64,000 nucleotides of DNA from Octopus sinensis (GCF_006345805.1 NC_043015.1:37944001-38008000), one strand, 5' to 3'. Positions 52,950 through 64,000 are shown, numbered from the stretch's first letter. Numbers and translations are program-made. Notes: generated by a model from the sequence alone, not told the origin.

Positions 52950-53091
52950 ATCAACTACTTATTCCCAGTTGAATTACAAATTGTAACACTTTTAGACTTC
53001 CGTACATTGCACCAGCGTGTTCTCCGTTTATCGAACGTCAACATCGAAGGACGCGTTGTTACCGAGTTGGATTGTTTGGTGAAGGGTAAGT
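52950..53091 (+). promoter_or_regulatory. Candidate promoter and non-coding first exon of HCCS
   Basis: Short CpG-containing, apparently unique stretch ending in a strong donor AAGG|GTAAGT (53085/53086); ACTTCCG (ETS-like) and ACTAC…TTCCCAG (ZNF143-like) upstream; the HCCS ATG exon starts with an acceptor, so an upstream exon must exist. Confidence 0.35.
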
Positions 53092-53646
53092 GAAATACTC
53101 TCCGAAATCCGGCCTTGCTAGGTTTACAATATTTGGGGGTTTCTTGTAAACGGATTGCTTTTTCTGTTATGTACCAAGTATTTTAAATTTCTTTCGTTTT
53201 TTAATTGATTACTGTTGTTACATTGTGGCTCATTTTGCAATCGACCGCAAACACACACACACACACACACAGATTCCCGTCTTTATCTTCCGTTTAAAAA
53301 ACATTTAATATAATGAAATTATTGTATACGGTGCTCAGGTGCACCACAACTTAATTTCAGGCATTGCAATGCACCCAGCTGGAGCACCGACCTGAACGGC
53401 TTCGAGACGAACAAATCGACTACAGTTCTTTTTTAAACAGGTTTTTACTTATTCTGTCTTTTATGCCGAATACTGAACACATGGAAATATACGGATATAT
53501 ATATATTATCAATAATAAAGGGTAAAATCAATTAATTATTAATTAATTTCACCAAGTAGTGTTCAGTATGTAAAAGGACCATTCAAGGTATATAAGTTTC
53601 AGTATGTGGTAAAGTAAATTATTTTACTGAGCCCTAATTATATAAC

Positions 53647-53682
<36 letters not shown>

Positions 53683-54446
53683 CACACACACAAACACAAA
53701 TGATATTTACGGATGTTTTTATTCAATTCTCTACCGAAATCATAAATTTTTTTAACGATACTACTTCAAAAAATGGCAAAGATTCTGCCGTTGTCAGACC
53801 TGGAGCATGAAATGTCAATCAGCTGATACGGGATCAGATCACACTACCAGAAACTAAGTCGCCAATGTCAAAGGGTTAAATAGAAATATATTTAATATTT
53901 CGCCTCTCCTCGTTTTTATGAGTAGCGATTCAAGAAAGAAATCAATAGAATAATTATCAGGCTTAATAAGATTAATTACTAGGCTCCAGTGTCCCAGCAT
54001 GGCCAAAGTCCAATGACTGAAATATAAAGGATATATTCTTTTCGTATGACCCTATCAATGGATTTATGTCTATCTCGTTGCTAATTGTTTCTCGACGATT
54101 AAGGGTTTCACTATTTTCTTTTATGGATCTTAGTTATTTTGTAGTTTTCATTCAATACAGAATTTCATCCTCATTTATTGATTAATACCTTAACGTAATG
54201 CCAATAAGTTCAATTCGTTACGGATAAAGTTAATTTCTTTACCATTTTATTCATTGCAGCCACAAATTGGTGGATGTTTTGCCTTAAAAATAAACGAAGC
54301 TAAAATCCCACCGAATAAACTTAACCATCTCTCTCTTACACACACACACACACACGTATGTGTATATATGTGAGTGTGTGTGTGTATATATATATATAAT
54401 ATATATATATAATATATATATATATAATATATATATAATATATATA

Positions 54447-54593
54447 ATTATAATTTAGGGTATCTACAAGATACCGCCATGCTAAAAATAGCAGTCAAAA
54501 TCCCGACTCGAAAACCACAATAACGGTTTTAGAGTCATATTTTGGCTGCTATTTTCAGCATGGCAGTTTCTTGTAGATACCTTAAATTATAAT
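54447..54593. mobile_element. 147-bp hairpin MITE
   Basis: ~55-bp TIR ATTATAATTTA(G/A)GGTATCTACAAGA…GCCATGCT.AAAATAGCAG.CAAAAT with ~4 mismatches. Confidence 0.8.
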
Positions 54594-56359
54594 TTTAATA
54601 ATAATTATTACATTTGAAGGCTTTTATTCCCATGCTGGCCACTTTGTAAGATCGATATTTTAAATTGACGATCTTATCCTTATATATATAAACTATGAAA
54701 AGGCAATTTTGAATTTAAGGCCTTAAAAACAATGATAGCCTCCTATACTTCTATATTTCTACTACTTCTGAATTGAAACCACTTCAGTCTAGGTTCTAAG
54801 CTTTCATCGCTGACTTAGCTACCTCGCTGCGCTTGAAGATGTGGCTATTGATGATAATGGGTGGTCTGAATTTAAAATTATGTCCTATACGGCTTGTTTC
54901 TTTTACGTTTTCATCTTTCTCAAGGACATTCCTACTGATTTAGTCTTGTGAAAATTTAGTGAAGGCCTGCTTCTGTTAGGTACTCAAAGCATGATAGCAG
55001 TGTTCTCGCAGCTTATACCACTCACGTATCTTAGAATGTGATGTTTTGAGGTGTTTTTATGCTTTTTTTGTCAAGGACATTAGCGTTAATGAATGAAGGG
55101 AAAACATTAGAAAAAAAAAATGAGTGGGTGGCAAAGGAAGATTTATTTATAAAGACAGGTGCGGTGAATGAAGATTATTATATTGGTAAGATAATTAGGA
55201 ATACAAGAAGAGAAGACCACTACAAAAATTACACAACACAATCCGATTTGCTCTGCTGCTGCTACTACTACTAAATTCTAATAATAATTCCTGGTCCAAT
55301 AGGCACAAGGCCTGAAATTTTGGGGGAAGGGGCTAGTCGATTACACCCCCCCCCCCAAGTAATCAACAGGAGCTTATTTTATCGACTCCAAAAGTATGAT
55401 TAATAAGGAAAGAAAAGAGAATCATTAATTTTAAATATGTTAGGACTTTTTGTTTTATATGGTGCCCCAGCATGGCCGCAGCCCTCGAGCTGAAACTAAT
55501 GAAAGAAAAAAACAGTGTGTGTGCATATCTCAGCATACTCATGCAACTGCCTATCTCTACGCAATCACCGTCGAGGTTTATAGCGTTTACACGCATCCTA
55601 ATCATTATCGATCTCTCAGTCGATCGAGCGATCATTTGATGAATGTGGCTCTTTTCGGTTGGGCTGCTCACGTGTGTGCGTGTCTGCATGCATTTTTCCA
55701 CAGCCATCTACGTGTTACAAAGTAATTACTTTACACTGCAGTCTCCTTGGTGTCCTCTACACATGTTTCCACCTGTTCCTGTAGACCACCTCCTAACCAT
55801 CTATATCCCTCTTTGCCTTTTTTTTTCTTAATGACAAGTCCATATTAAAAAAGTAGACCCAGTAAGGCTTTCTGGGGAATGGGGCAGCTGTACTCGGTTT
55901 GATATACTATGTTAAGACCAAGGAAAAAGTAGTGAAAATAATAAATATAATAAACAATTTATTTCTATATCTCTTTATTGGCTGTTTTTATAAAGTCTTT
56001 TGCTTATTTCAGGCATTGAATTGTGGCCATACTGGGGCACCATCTTGGAGTTTTAAGTTGATCAAATTGACCCTAGTACTTATTTTTTAAGAGTCTGATA
56101 CTTATTTAATCCTCCCCTTTTTTTTTTGTGGTTTGACTGCTAAGTTAGTGGAACAAACTGACAGCAATTGTAAAATGGTATTGGAGAGATACATATGCCC
56201 AGGCACACACTCACATTATGGGTTTCTCTTCAGTTTCAATCTACCAAATTCACTCACAAAGAATTGGTTGACTCGAGGCTATAATACAATACACTTGCCC
56301 AAATTGTTGCTCTATGGGGACTGCAACCTCAAAAAATGTGGTTTCCATATAAGTCAACT

Positions 56360-56525
56360 TGATACATTTATATGTGCTACTTATCGCCTGCTAATTTCTC
56401 CAAATCACATGGGCCTATTCAAATACTACCTGGCAAAAATAGAAGAAGTCTTAACCAAACTAGAACAAAACATCATTGTACTTCTCATGGCAGATTTCAA
56501 CCTACTCAATGCAAAATGGAAACAT
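56360..56525 (+). mobile_element. CR1-like APE fragment
   Basis: ICATYR…KIEEVL…LLMADFNL matches 34290-34450. Confidence 0.75.
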
Positions 56526-56675
56526 GGAAACTATCAATTTTTAGTTTTCGTGTTTTCTTTTTCCATTTTACGTTTTCTGTTTTTTACCTTCAGCATTTTC
56601 TATATGCTGCCTTTTCAGTTTTTTTAGTGTTTCCTCTATCATTCAATCTTTTTGGTTCATTATCGTATGTGATTC

Positions 56676-56730
56676 GTGCCTGAAGAATATGTTTGAGATA
56701 TTTCTCAACATATGAAACTATTAGTAGCAT
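56676..56730 (+). ncRNA. Minimal type I hammerhead ribozyme
   Basis: GTGC-CTGAAGA-ATATGTT.T.GAGA.TATT.TCTC.AACATAT-GAAA-CTA.T.TAG-TA|GCAT: complete core, 4-bp stem I, 11-bp stem II, near-palindromic stem III, predicted GUA cleavage after 56726. Confidence 0.75.
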
Positions 56731-56779
56731 TTAAATATATGTATGGTGTCCTTTAAATAAATAATATATATATATATAT

Positions 56780-57749
56780 CATCATCATCGTTTAACGTCG
56801 GCTTTCCATGCTAGCATGGGTTGGACAATTTGGCTGCATCAGGCTCCAATCTGATATGGCAGTTTCTACAGCTGGATGCCTTTCCTATTTCCAACCACTC
56901 TGAGAGTGTAGTGGGTGCTTTTACATGCCACCGGCACGAGGGTCAGTCAGACAGTACTGGCAATGGCCACGCTCAAATGGTGTTTTTTTACGTGCCAGTC
57001 CAGCAGCAATGGCCACGCTCAAATGGTGTTTTTTTACGTGCCAGTCCAGCAGCACTGGCAACAAACTCACTCGAATGTTTTTTCACATGCCACCGGCACA
57101 AGTGTCAGTAAGGCGATGCTGGTAACAATCATACATGAATGGTACTTTTTATGTTCACTGGCAAGGAAGCCAGTTAGCTGCTCGGCAACAATCATGCTCA
57201 GATGGTGCTCTTGGCACTCAACTAGCACGGATGACAGTCATCGAATTTGATTTTGATTTCACTTGTCTCAACAGGTCTTCGCAAGCAGAGGTAAGTGTCC
57301 TGTGAAGGAAAGGTACGCATAAGTGGGTTGGTTACACCCCTGGCATAGGCCATGAGGTTATGGTCTCACTTGACTTGCCGGGTCTTCTCAAGCACAGCAT
57401 ATTTCCAAAGGTGTCGGTAACTAGTCATTGCCTCGGTGAGGCCCAATGTTTGAAGGTCGTACTTCACCACTTCATCCCAGGTCTTCCTGGATCTACCTCT
57501 TCCACAGGTTCCCTCAAAAGCTAGGGTGTGGCACTTTTTCACACAGCTTTCCTCATCCATTCTCACCACATGACCATACCAGCACAGTTGTCTGTCTTGC
57601 ACACCACACCTGATGCTTCTTAGGTCCACCTTCTCTCTCAAGATACTTACATACACTCTGTCGAGTATGCAACTGATATTACACATCCACTGGAACATAC
57701 TGGCTTCATTTCTTGCAAGCTTACGCATGTCCTCAGCAGTCATGGCCCC
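56780..57749 (-). mobile_element. RTE LINE 3' portion with a ~41-bp internal tandem repeat in the 3' UTR
   Basis: ORF 57366-57827 RNEASMFQW…GRGRSRKTW; (CAT)n tail; (TA)n on both flanks. Confidence 0.9.
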
Positions 57750-57796
<47 letters not shown>

Positions 57797-57802
<6 letters not shown>

Positions 57803-58020
57803 GCATCCTTTTTGTCTCGGGAGACAATGGAGTTGCGCATAAAATAGTCCAGTCCGGCTTTTACATTTCATGTCCTGATACATTTCCTGCTGTGGCTGTG
57901 TAGTCCTATCCTGGACAAACACTCCCTCTGGCAGGTACCGCAAATGTAGCGAAGACTGTTCCTGGCTGGTTGTAGTGTCATAGTTTCTTGTTGACGTCTT
58001 TTCTTGTCTTTCCATTTCTC
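57797..58020 (-). mobile_element. 3' end of a second RTE family (RTE-1/BovB-like)
   Basis: YICGTCQRECLSRIGLHSHSRKC* followed by …GTCTCCCGAGACAAAAAGGATGCCAACAA. Confidence 0.75.
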
Positions 58021-58452
58021 CTCTCTCTCTCTCTCTGAGAAATGGAAAGACACACATATATATATATATATATATATCTGTGTGTGTGTGTGTATGTATA
58101 CTTACATATAAAAGAACGAAGTGTACGTATGCCACTATATATATATATATATATATATAGTTATCCGTAATAATGAAGGGTGAAATTAATTAATTTGGAA
58201 AAATTATCAATTACACCAAGTAGTCTTCGGCATGTAAAAGCCTCATTCGAGGAAAATTTAAGTAATACTAAGCAATAAGGGTTTAGCAACGAGTTGCCTT
58301 ACCACATACCGAATTTAGAAATAGCAGTCAAAGGGTTATAGCTATTTCTTCTACAAAAAAGGGAGATCTCAGTAAAAACAGCATTTGGAAGGCAGACAAA
58401 ACAGGTAAGAGAGAATGAATTGACTGCAATCTATCATACATTTTTTTAGTTA

Positions 58453-58566
58453 TCCACGGACGTACGTTTCGAAATCAAGTTCTAAGGAAAGCATAAGAAT
58501 TAGATATTAAATATTAAATAATAAATAATTCTATCTTACCGAAACTTCTTTTCTCTTCAGCGTAGA
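58453..58566 (-). ncRNA. Type I hammerhead ribozyme, unit 1
   Basis: Minus strand: TCTACG-CTGAAGA-GAAA…(long stem II)…TTTC-GAAA-CGTACG-TC|CGTGGA; predicted GUC cleavage between 58459 and 58458. Confidence 0.85.
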
Positions 58567-59058
58567 ATACTATAATCATAAATGATTATATATTGAATTT
58601 TGAGATACCAGAAGGCACCAACTCCACTCAGTATCAGAGCGAGCTAGAATCCGCAACTGGTATCACCGAATTCAATTTGTGAATGAAACGATTGTGTCAA
58701 CAGCCCCTTCCCACCCGCGTGTAGCCAAAACAAGATGCTGTGGTCATCTACTGAGATAAAATATGGTATCCGTAATAATGAAGGGTGAAATTAATTAATT
58801 TGGAAAAATTATCAATTACACCAAGTAGTCTTCGGCATGTAAAAGCCTCATTCGAGGAAAATTTAAGTAATACTAAGCAATAAGGGTTTAGCAACGAGTT
58901 GCCTTACCACATACCGAATTTAGAAATAGCAGTCAAAGGGTTATAGCTATTTCTTCTACAAAAAAGGGAGATCTCAGTAAAAACAGCATTTGGAAGGCAG
59001 ACACAAACAGGTAAGAGAGAATGAATTGACTGCAATCTATCATACATTTTTTTAGTTA

Positions 59059-59172
59059 TCCACGGACGTACGTTTCGAAATCAAGTTCTAAGGAAAGCAT
59101 AAGAATTAGATATTAAATACTAAATAATAAATAATTCTATCTTACCGAAACTTCTTTTCTCTTCAGCGTAGA
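59059..59172 (-). ncRNA. Type I hammerhead ribozyme, unit 2
   Basis: Identical core and stems to unit 1, 606 nt away; predicted cleavage between 59065 and 59064. Confidence 0.85.
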
Positions 59173-60032
59173 ATACTATAATCATAAATGATTATATATT
59201 GAATTTTGAGATACCAGAAGGCACCAACTCCACTCAGTATCAGAGCGAGCTAGAATCCGCAACTGGTATCACCGAATTCAATTTGTGAATGAAACGATTG
59301 TGTCAACAGCCCCTTCCCACCCGCGTGTAGCCAAAACAAGATGCTGTGGTCATCTACTGAGATAAAATATGGTTATCCGTAATAATGAAGGGTGAAATTA
59401 ATTAATTTGGAAAAATTATCAATTACACCAAGTAGTCTTCGGCATGTAAAAGCCTCATTCGAGGAAAATTTAAGTAATACTAAGAATAAGGGTTTAGCAA
59501 CGAGTTGCCTTACCACATACCGAATTTAGAAATAGCAGTCAAAGGGTTATAGCTATTTCTTCTACAAAAAAGGGAGATCTCAGTAAAAACAGCATTTGGA
59601 AGGCAGACACAAACAGGTAAGAGAGAATGAATTGACTGCAATCTATCATACATTTTTTTAGTTTAATATTATTTAATATTATTTAATATTTAATATCTAA
59701 TTCTTATGCTTTCCTTAGAACTTGATTTCGAAACGTACGTCCGTGGATAACTAAAAAAATGTATGATAGATTGCAGTCAATTCATTCTCTCTTACCTGTT
59801 TGTGTCTGCCTTCCAAATGCTGTTTTTACTGAGATCTCCCTAATATATATATATATATATTATATATATATATATATATAAAAATACAAAATGGAACAAG
59901 AACGCAAAACATCCAGATAGATGATACAAAAATCACGGACGGGTCATTCGAAACCTTTAATCTTCAGTCAAGAACCGGATCATCATCGCAATTTTGGCTG
60001 ATTAATATATGTATTTATGTACGTATATATAG

Positions 60033-60375
60033 AGGCGCAGGCATAGCCGTATGGTAAGTAGCTTACTTATTAACCACATGTTTCTGGGTTCAGTCCCACT
60101 GTGTGGTACCTCAAGCAAGTGTCTTCTACTATAGCCTTGGGCCAACCAAAGACTTGTGAGTAGATTTGGTAGGCGGAAACTGAAAAAAACCCATCGTACA
60201 TATGTATTTGTGTGTTTGCTTGTCCCCTCAGTATTGCTTGACAACCGATGTTGATATGTTTACTTCCCTGTAAAGTACTGGTTTGGCAAAAGAGAGCAAT
60301 AGAATAAGTACTAGGCTTACAAAGAATAAGTCCTGGGGTCAATTTGTTTGACTTACTGAAACAAGTAAAAGAATA
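60033..60375 (+). mobile_element. SINE family A
   Basis: Head GGCGCAGGCATAGCCGTATGGTAAG…GGTTCAGTCCCAC…, with body and tail as in the other copies. Confidence 0.85.
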
Positions 60376-62657
60376 TATATATATAGAGAGATAGATAGAT
60401 AAACATAGATATCACCACCACTATCATCATCAATGTTAAACGTCCGTTTCCCATGCTGGCATGGGTTGGATGGTTTGACATGGAGCTGGGGAGCTGTCTG
60501 AACTCAAATTGTCTGTTATGATATGGTTTCTATGGTTGGATATGCTTCCTAAAACCAACCACTTTTAAGAGTCTGCTAGTTGCTTTTTACATGCCATTGC
60601 CATTGATGCATTTAAGCAGCTGTGACTTGAGTGCATTTCTTGTTAGCCCTGGCACCTGCAAAGGACAAACCTGTATGCATGGAAGACTGCGATTTTTACT
60701 TAGGTTGACAAGTACGGCAAATAGCCACAACTCTCAGTCCCTTGTCATTTCCTCATTAAGGCACAGCATACGAAGATCCTTTCTCACCACTACATCTCAC
60801 ATCTTCCTGGGTCTACCCCCACCACAGGTTCCCTCTTCTCCATGTGTAAACGCAAGTTCTACATAAAGTTTAGAATGTAAAATAATTTTATATAGTTTTG
60901 TTAAAAATATATTAATGAAGGAATACAACTATCATCATTGGTCTTAAAAACTTATTTTAGCCAGTATATATATATATATAAATGTGTGTGTGTGTGTGTA
61001 TATGTAGTGTATGTATGTGTGTGTGTGTAAAGTATGTATGTGTGTGTGTAATGTATGTATGTGTGTGTATGTAATGTATGTATGTGTATATATGTAATGT
61101 ATGTATGTGTGTATGTAATGTATGTGTGTGTATGTAATGTATATATATGTGTGGCTTGCCCACTTGGAAAGTGAGAGAAAGAGAGAGAGAGAGAAGAAAG
61201 AAATATGAGGTCCTGGTACAATGTAAATATGAGACATAATAGGAAGTACACTGAGGGAAAATAGTTATATACACACACACACACACACATGATGTTTGTG
61301 AGTGTCACTGTCAGACAAGCTTTAATTTACAATCATCAATGGAACATATGTATCACCACCAATGGGAAACAGGCATAGTGACAGGAATGGTATCTGGATG
61401 CAGGAAATTTGCCTGGACAAATTCTGTCTTGACCCAGGCAAGCATGGAAAGGTGGATATTATGAACTTTCATTATGAAAAGATCCACCCTCCATTGGTGA
61501 TGGTGGGGAATGTGTTCATCTTAAACACTGACTTCTATATAAATATCAATAAATGTCTCAATAATTCTACATTTAATAATTGTTCATCTGCAGTAGTGTT
61601 CAAAGATGGGAAAAAATATTCTTAGAGCTAATATAAGATTTTTTATTGAACTTTTTCCCTCAAAATAGCATAGTATAAGATTCAAAGTATCCACTAATAC
61701 TTAATAATAGGATGTTACAAACAGTAAATCGTATATCAAGAGAAATTCTTAGGTTTCAAGACAGTGCAGGTAAAATAAACATCAGAGATGCTTTGCTCTA
61801 TACACAAACCATTATTGAGTGATATCGCAAGCTATTCTCTGATGGTAACTAAAGTTATCGCACTGTTGGAAAGTCTTCTCTCTCTTCAGCAAGTATCTCA
61901 AGATTACAGACATTTTGTTTCTTAACCTGTATGATTCACCTGAATTGGCAACAAAGAGCATTGATGACTGAATTAACCTTTGCCAATTCAGAATGGTCTC
62001 ATCTGTGGTTCTGTGCTCTCTTGTCAATGATAACCACTTGGAACTAGTTTCAGTTACTATGGCTATCTCCCTTGTAGCTTTTTTCACTTGTTTGGTTTCT
62101 GCAGAAAATAGCACACAGATCTTGCTGGAAAGTAAGGGTATGTGATTTCACTAGGGAATAAGGTTGTATGCCATCTTTTGACAAGATGCTCATCAACCAA
62201 ATTATCTTGATATTTAGCTTTCTACAATTGATGGGAAATGTCAAGCCTGACCTCCATTGCCCCCAGGGCTCTGAGTTCAAATGTGATGATTGTTTTTCCA
62301 TTCCAAGAAGACAGGAACATGTCTTACAGCAGCATTGTTACTGCCTCCTTTTCTATAAAGATGTGTTTACCTTTAGATATATTAAGGGACATTTTAATGT
62401 TTAAATATAGTACATACAATACCATGGGAGATTTTTCTCTGCTAATATTATGCATGGAAACTGATTCATGTAGGAAAACCAAAAGTTAAAAATTTCTATT
62501 TATTTTGATTTTTTCCCCCTTTACATCGTTTTCATTTTTAATATTAAAAGTTAAAAACAACATTTAATGTTTTATAAAATTAAAAAAAATAAAATAACCC
62601 ATCATGCTTTAGGTCTGGGTTTTGAGTCCTGTCACTTCTGTTTTGCAGTGAACCAAA

Positions 62658-63068
62658 ATGGGAATCGCTAATTCTTCCCTGTTAAACTTTGCCTCAGTTC
62701 CAATCATTCACAGTGCAACCAAACAGAATTCGGCTAGTCCAACAGACAGTGAATGCACAAAGTCAGTTCCAGCAGAATGCCCAATGCATCAAGAAATAAA
62801 CAAACCGCCGCCTCCTCCTGAATGTCCTATGCACAAAGAACAATCCAAATCATGTCCTCAGCAAAGCCAAAACAATGCAGCATCAGCTTCACCTGATGGC
62901 AACAAATCTTCAATACCAACATCAGCAGTAACAACAGCAAAAGCAGAGGCGTATCCCTCAGAATGTCCCATGCATAACAGTGGTGCTGGAATGCCAAATG
63001 TGCCAACAGCCTCGTCAGAATGTCCGATGACTGAAGCCACAAATGAAAATGTTGATCCTGCAAATATG
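62658..63068 (+). CDS. HCCS: Holocytochrome c synthase (cytochrome c heme lyase), first coding exon (137 codons; exon 62649-63068; gene continues beyond the window)
   Basis: Acceptor TTCTGTTTTGCAG|TG at 62648/62649; AAAATGG start; MG N-terminus, repeated ECPMH heme-regulatory motifs and ENVDPANM matching the conserved HCCS 'ENLDPxNxM' segment; phase-0 GT donor at 63069. Confidence 0.88.
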
Positions 63069-64000
63069 GTTTGTTTGTGTTTTTTTCCTTTTCATCACCA
63101 GTCTAACTTCCACTTTCCCATTCTTGCATAGGTCAGATGGAATTTATTAAGGTATATTTTCTATGTCCATATGCACTTTCTCTTGCCAGCAAAAGCAACA
63201 ATACTTCTCCATAGCCAGACACGTTTTTGCAGGATTTGGGAAATGAATGACTTTCATATGAAACAATTACACACACACACACACATCTTATATATATATG
63301 TGTGTGTACGACAATATCAAACTGTAGGAATGCATACTCAACACTACATTTGTGGAGAAATATTCTTTATTTGTTGAATAACAAGCTTCCCATTGGTTTA
63401 TATGCTTAAAATTCTCAGAAATTATCAAGCTTGCCACATGGGACATTAGTACTCATCTCCATCTCAAATGAGAATACAATGAAGGTACACAAAACTGGGA
63501 TTTCAGAATAAACTAATTAATAAACAGATTAAGGGAAGCAACTCCTAATTGTTATCTTCGTTGCATTAGTTGTGGCCACATTAAAATTTATAAATATAAA
63601 TATGAATACACATGTATATGCATATGCACATTCATGCAGAATAAATGCACATGCATTTATATATGTGTATACAGATGTATTCCTACTCATGCCTTTTATT
63701 TGTTTCGGTCATCAGATAGTTGCCATGCTGGGGCACTGCCTTGAAGAATTATAAGTCAAAGGAATCGATCCCAGTACTTTTTTCTTAAGCCTGGTAAATA
63801 TTCGATCAATTTCTTTTACCAAAATGCTAAGTTTTGGGGATGTAATCACATCAACACCACCTGTTGAGTAGTAATAGGGGACAGACATGGACACACACAC
63901 ATAAATATATATGTATATAGATATCATCATTGTCATTGTTTAATGTCCATTTTGCATACTGGCATGGGTCAGACGGTTTGGCTGAGGGCTGTCAAGTCAG

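Larger units (their letters stand above)
58160..59841 (-). mobile_element. Hammerhead-containing tandem array (2.5 x ~606 bp) with 5' inversion; retrozyme/PLE-terminal-repeat-like
   Basis: TATCCGTAATAATG at 58162, 58767 and 59374; near-identical units; 59664-59841 is an inverted copy of unit positions ~58360-58522; (TA)n on both flanks. Confidence 0.9.

Noticed and set aside
59935-59975. Hammerhead-like relic on the minus strand (CTGAAGA…TTTCGAATGACCCGTC)
   Set aside because: GAAA is broken (GAAU) and stems I and II do not pair; at best a decayed motif.
61800-62450. Coding-like composition and short ORFs on both strands upstream of HCCS
   Set aside because: Frames are interrupted by stops and I recognise no domain; a tBLASTx/HMM search would be needed.
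62827-63063. Minus-strand ORFs over the HCCS exon
   Set aside because: Antisense shadows of the real coding exon.

Overview
Eukaryotic, AT-rich, transposon-saturated genomic DNA, most likely from an octopus (inferred from the RTE/CR1/SINE repeat landscape and the dense (TA)n, (CATA)n and (GAT)n microsatellites; not confirmed by search). Only one host gene is supportable: the first coding exon of holocytochrome c synthase (HCCS, + strand, 62649-63068), with a candidate non-coding first exon near 53.0 kb. The rest is mostly decayed mobile DNA: many RTE LINE copies (one near-complete with a PHD-type finger inside the RT region), CR1-like, Tx1/L1-like and REL-endonuclease non-LTR elements, three Gypsy remnants, Penelope-like elements (PLEs), two Tc1 copies, a near-intact mariner, Merlin and Helitron fragments, MITEs and tRNA-type SINEs. 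The top candidate for an undescribed system is a very young head-to-tail array of ~606-bp non-coding units (58160-59841). Each complete unit carries a canonical type I hammerhead ribozyme on the minus strand, the array's 5' end stops 7 nt from a predicted self-cleavage site, and it has a PLE-style 5' inversion. This looks like a retrozyme/circular-RNA retroelement, probably in HCCS intron 1. A second canonical hammerhead (56676-56730, sense to HCCS) and a hammerhead-like motif with a G3:C8 core swap in PLE terminal repeats (42455-42504; decayed copy 10588-10638) are also present. All folds and alignments were done by eye.
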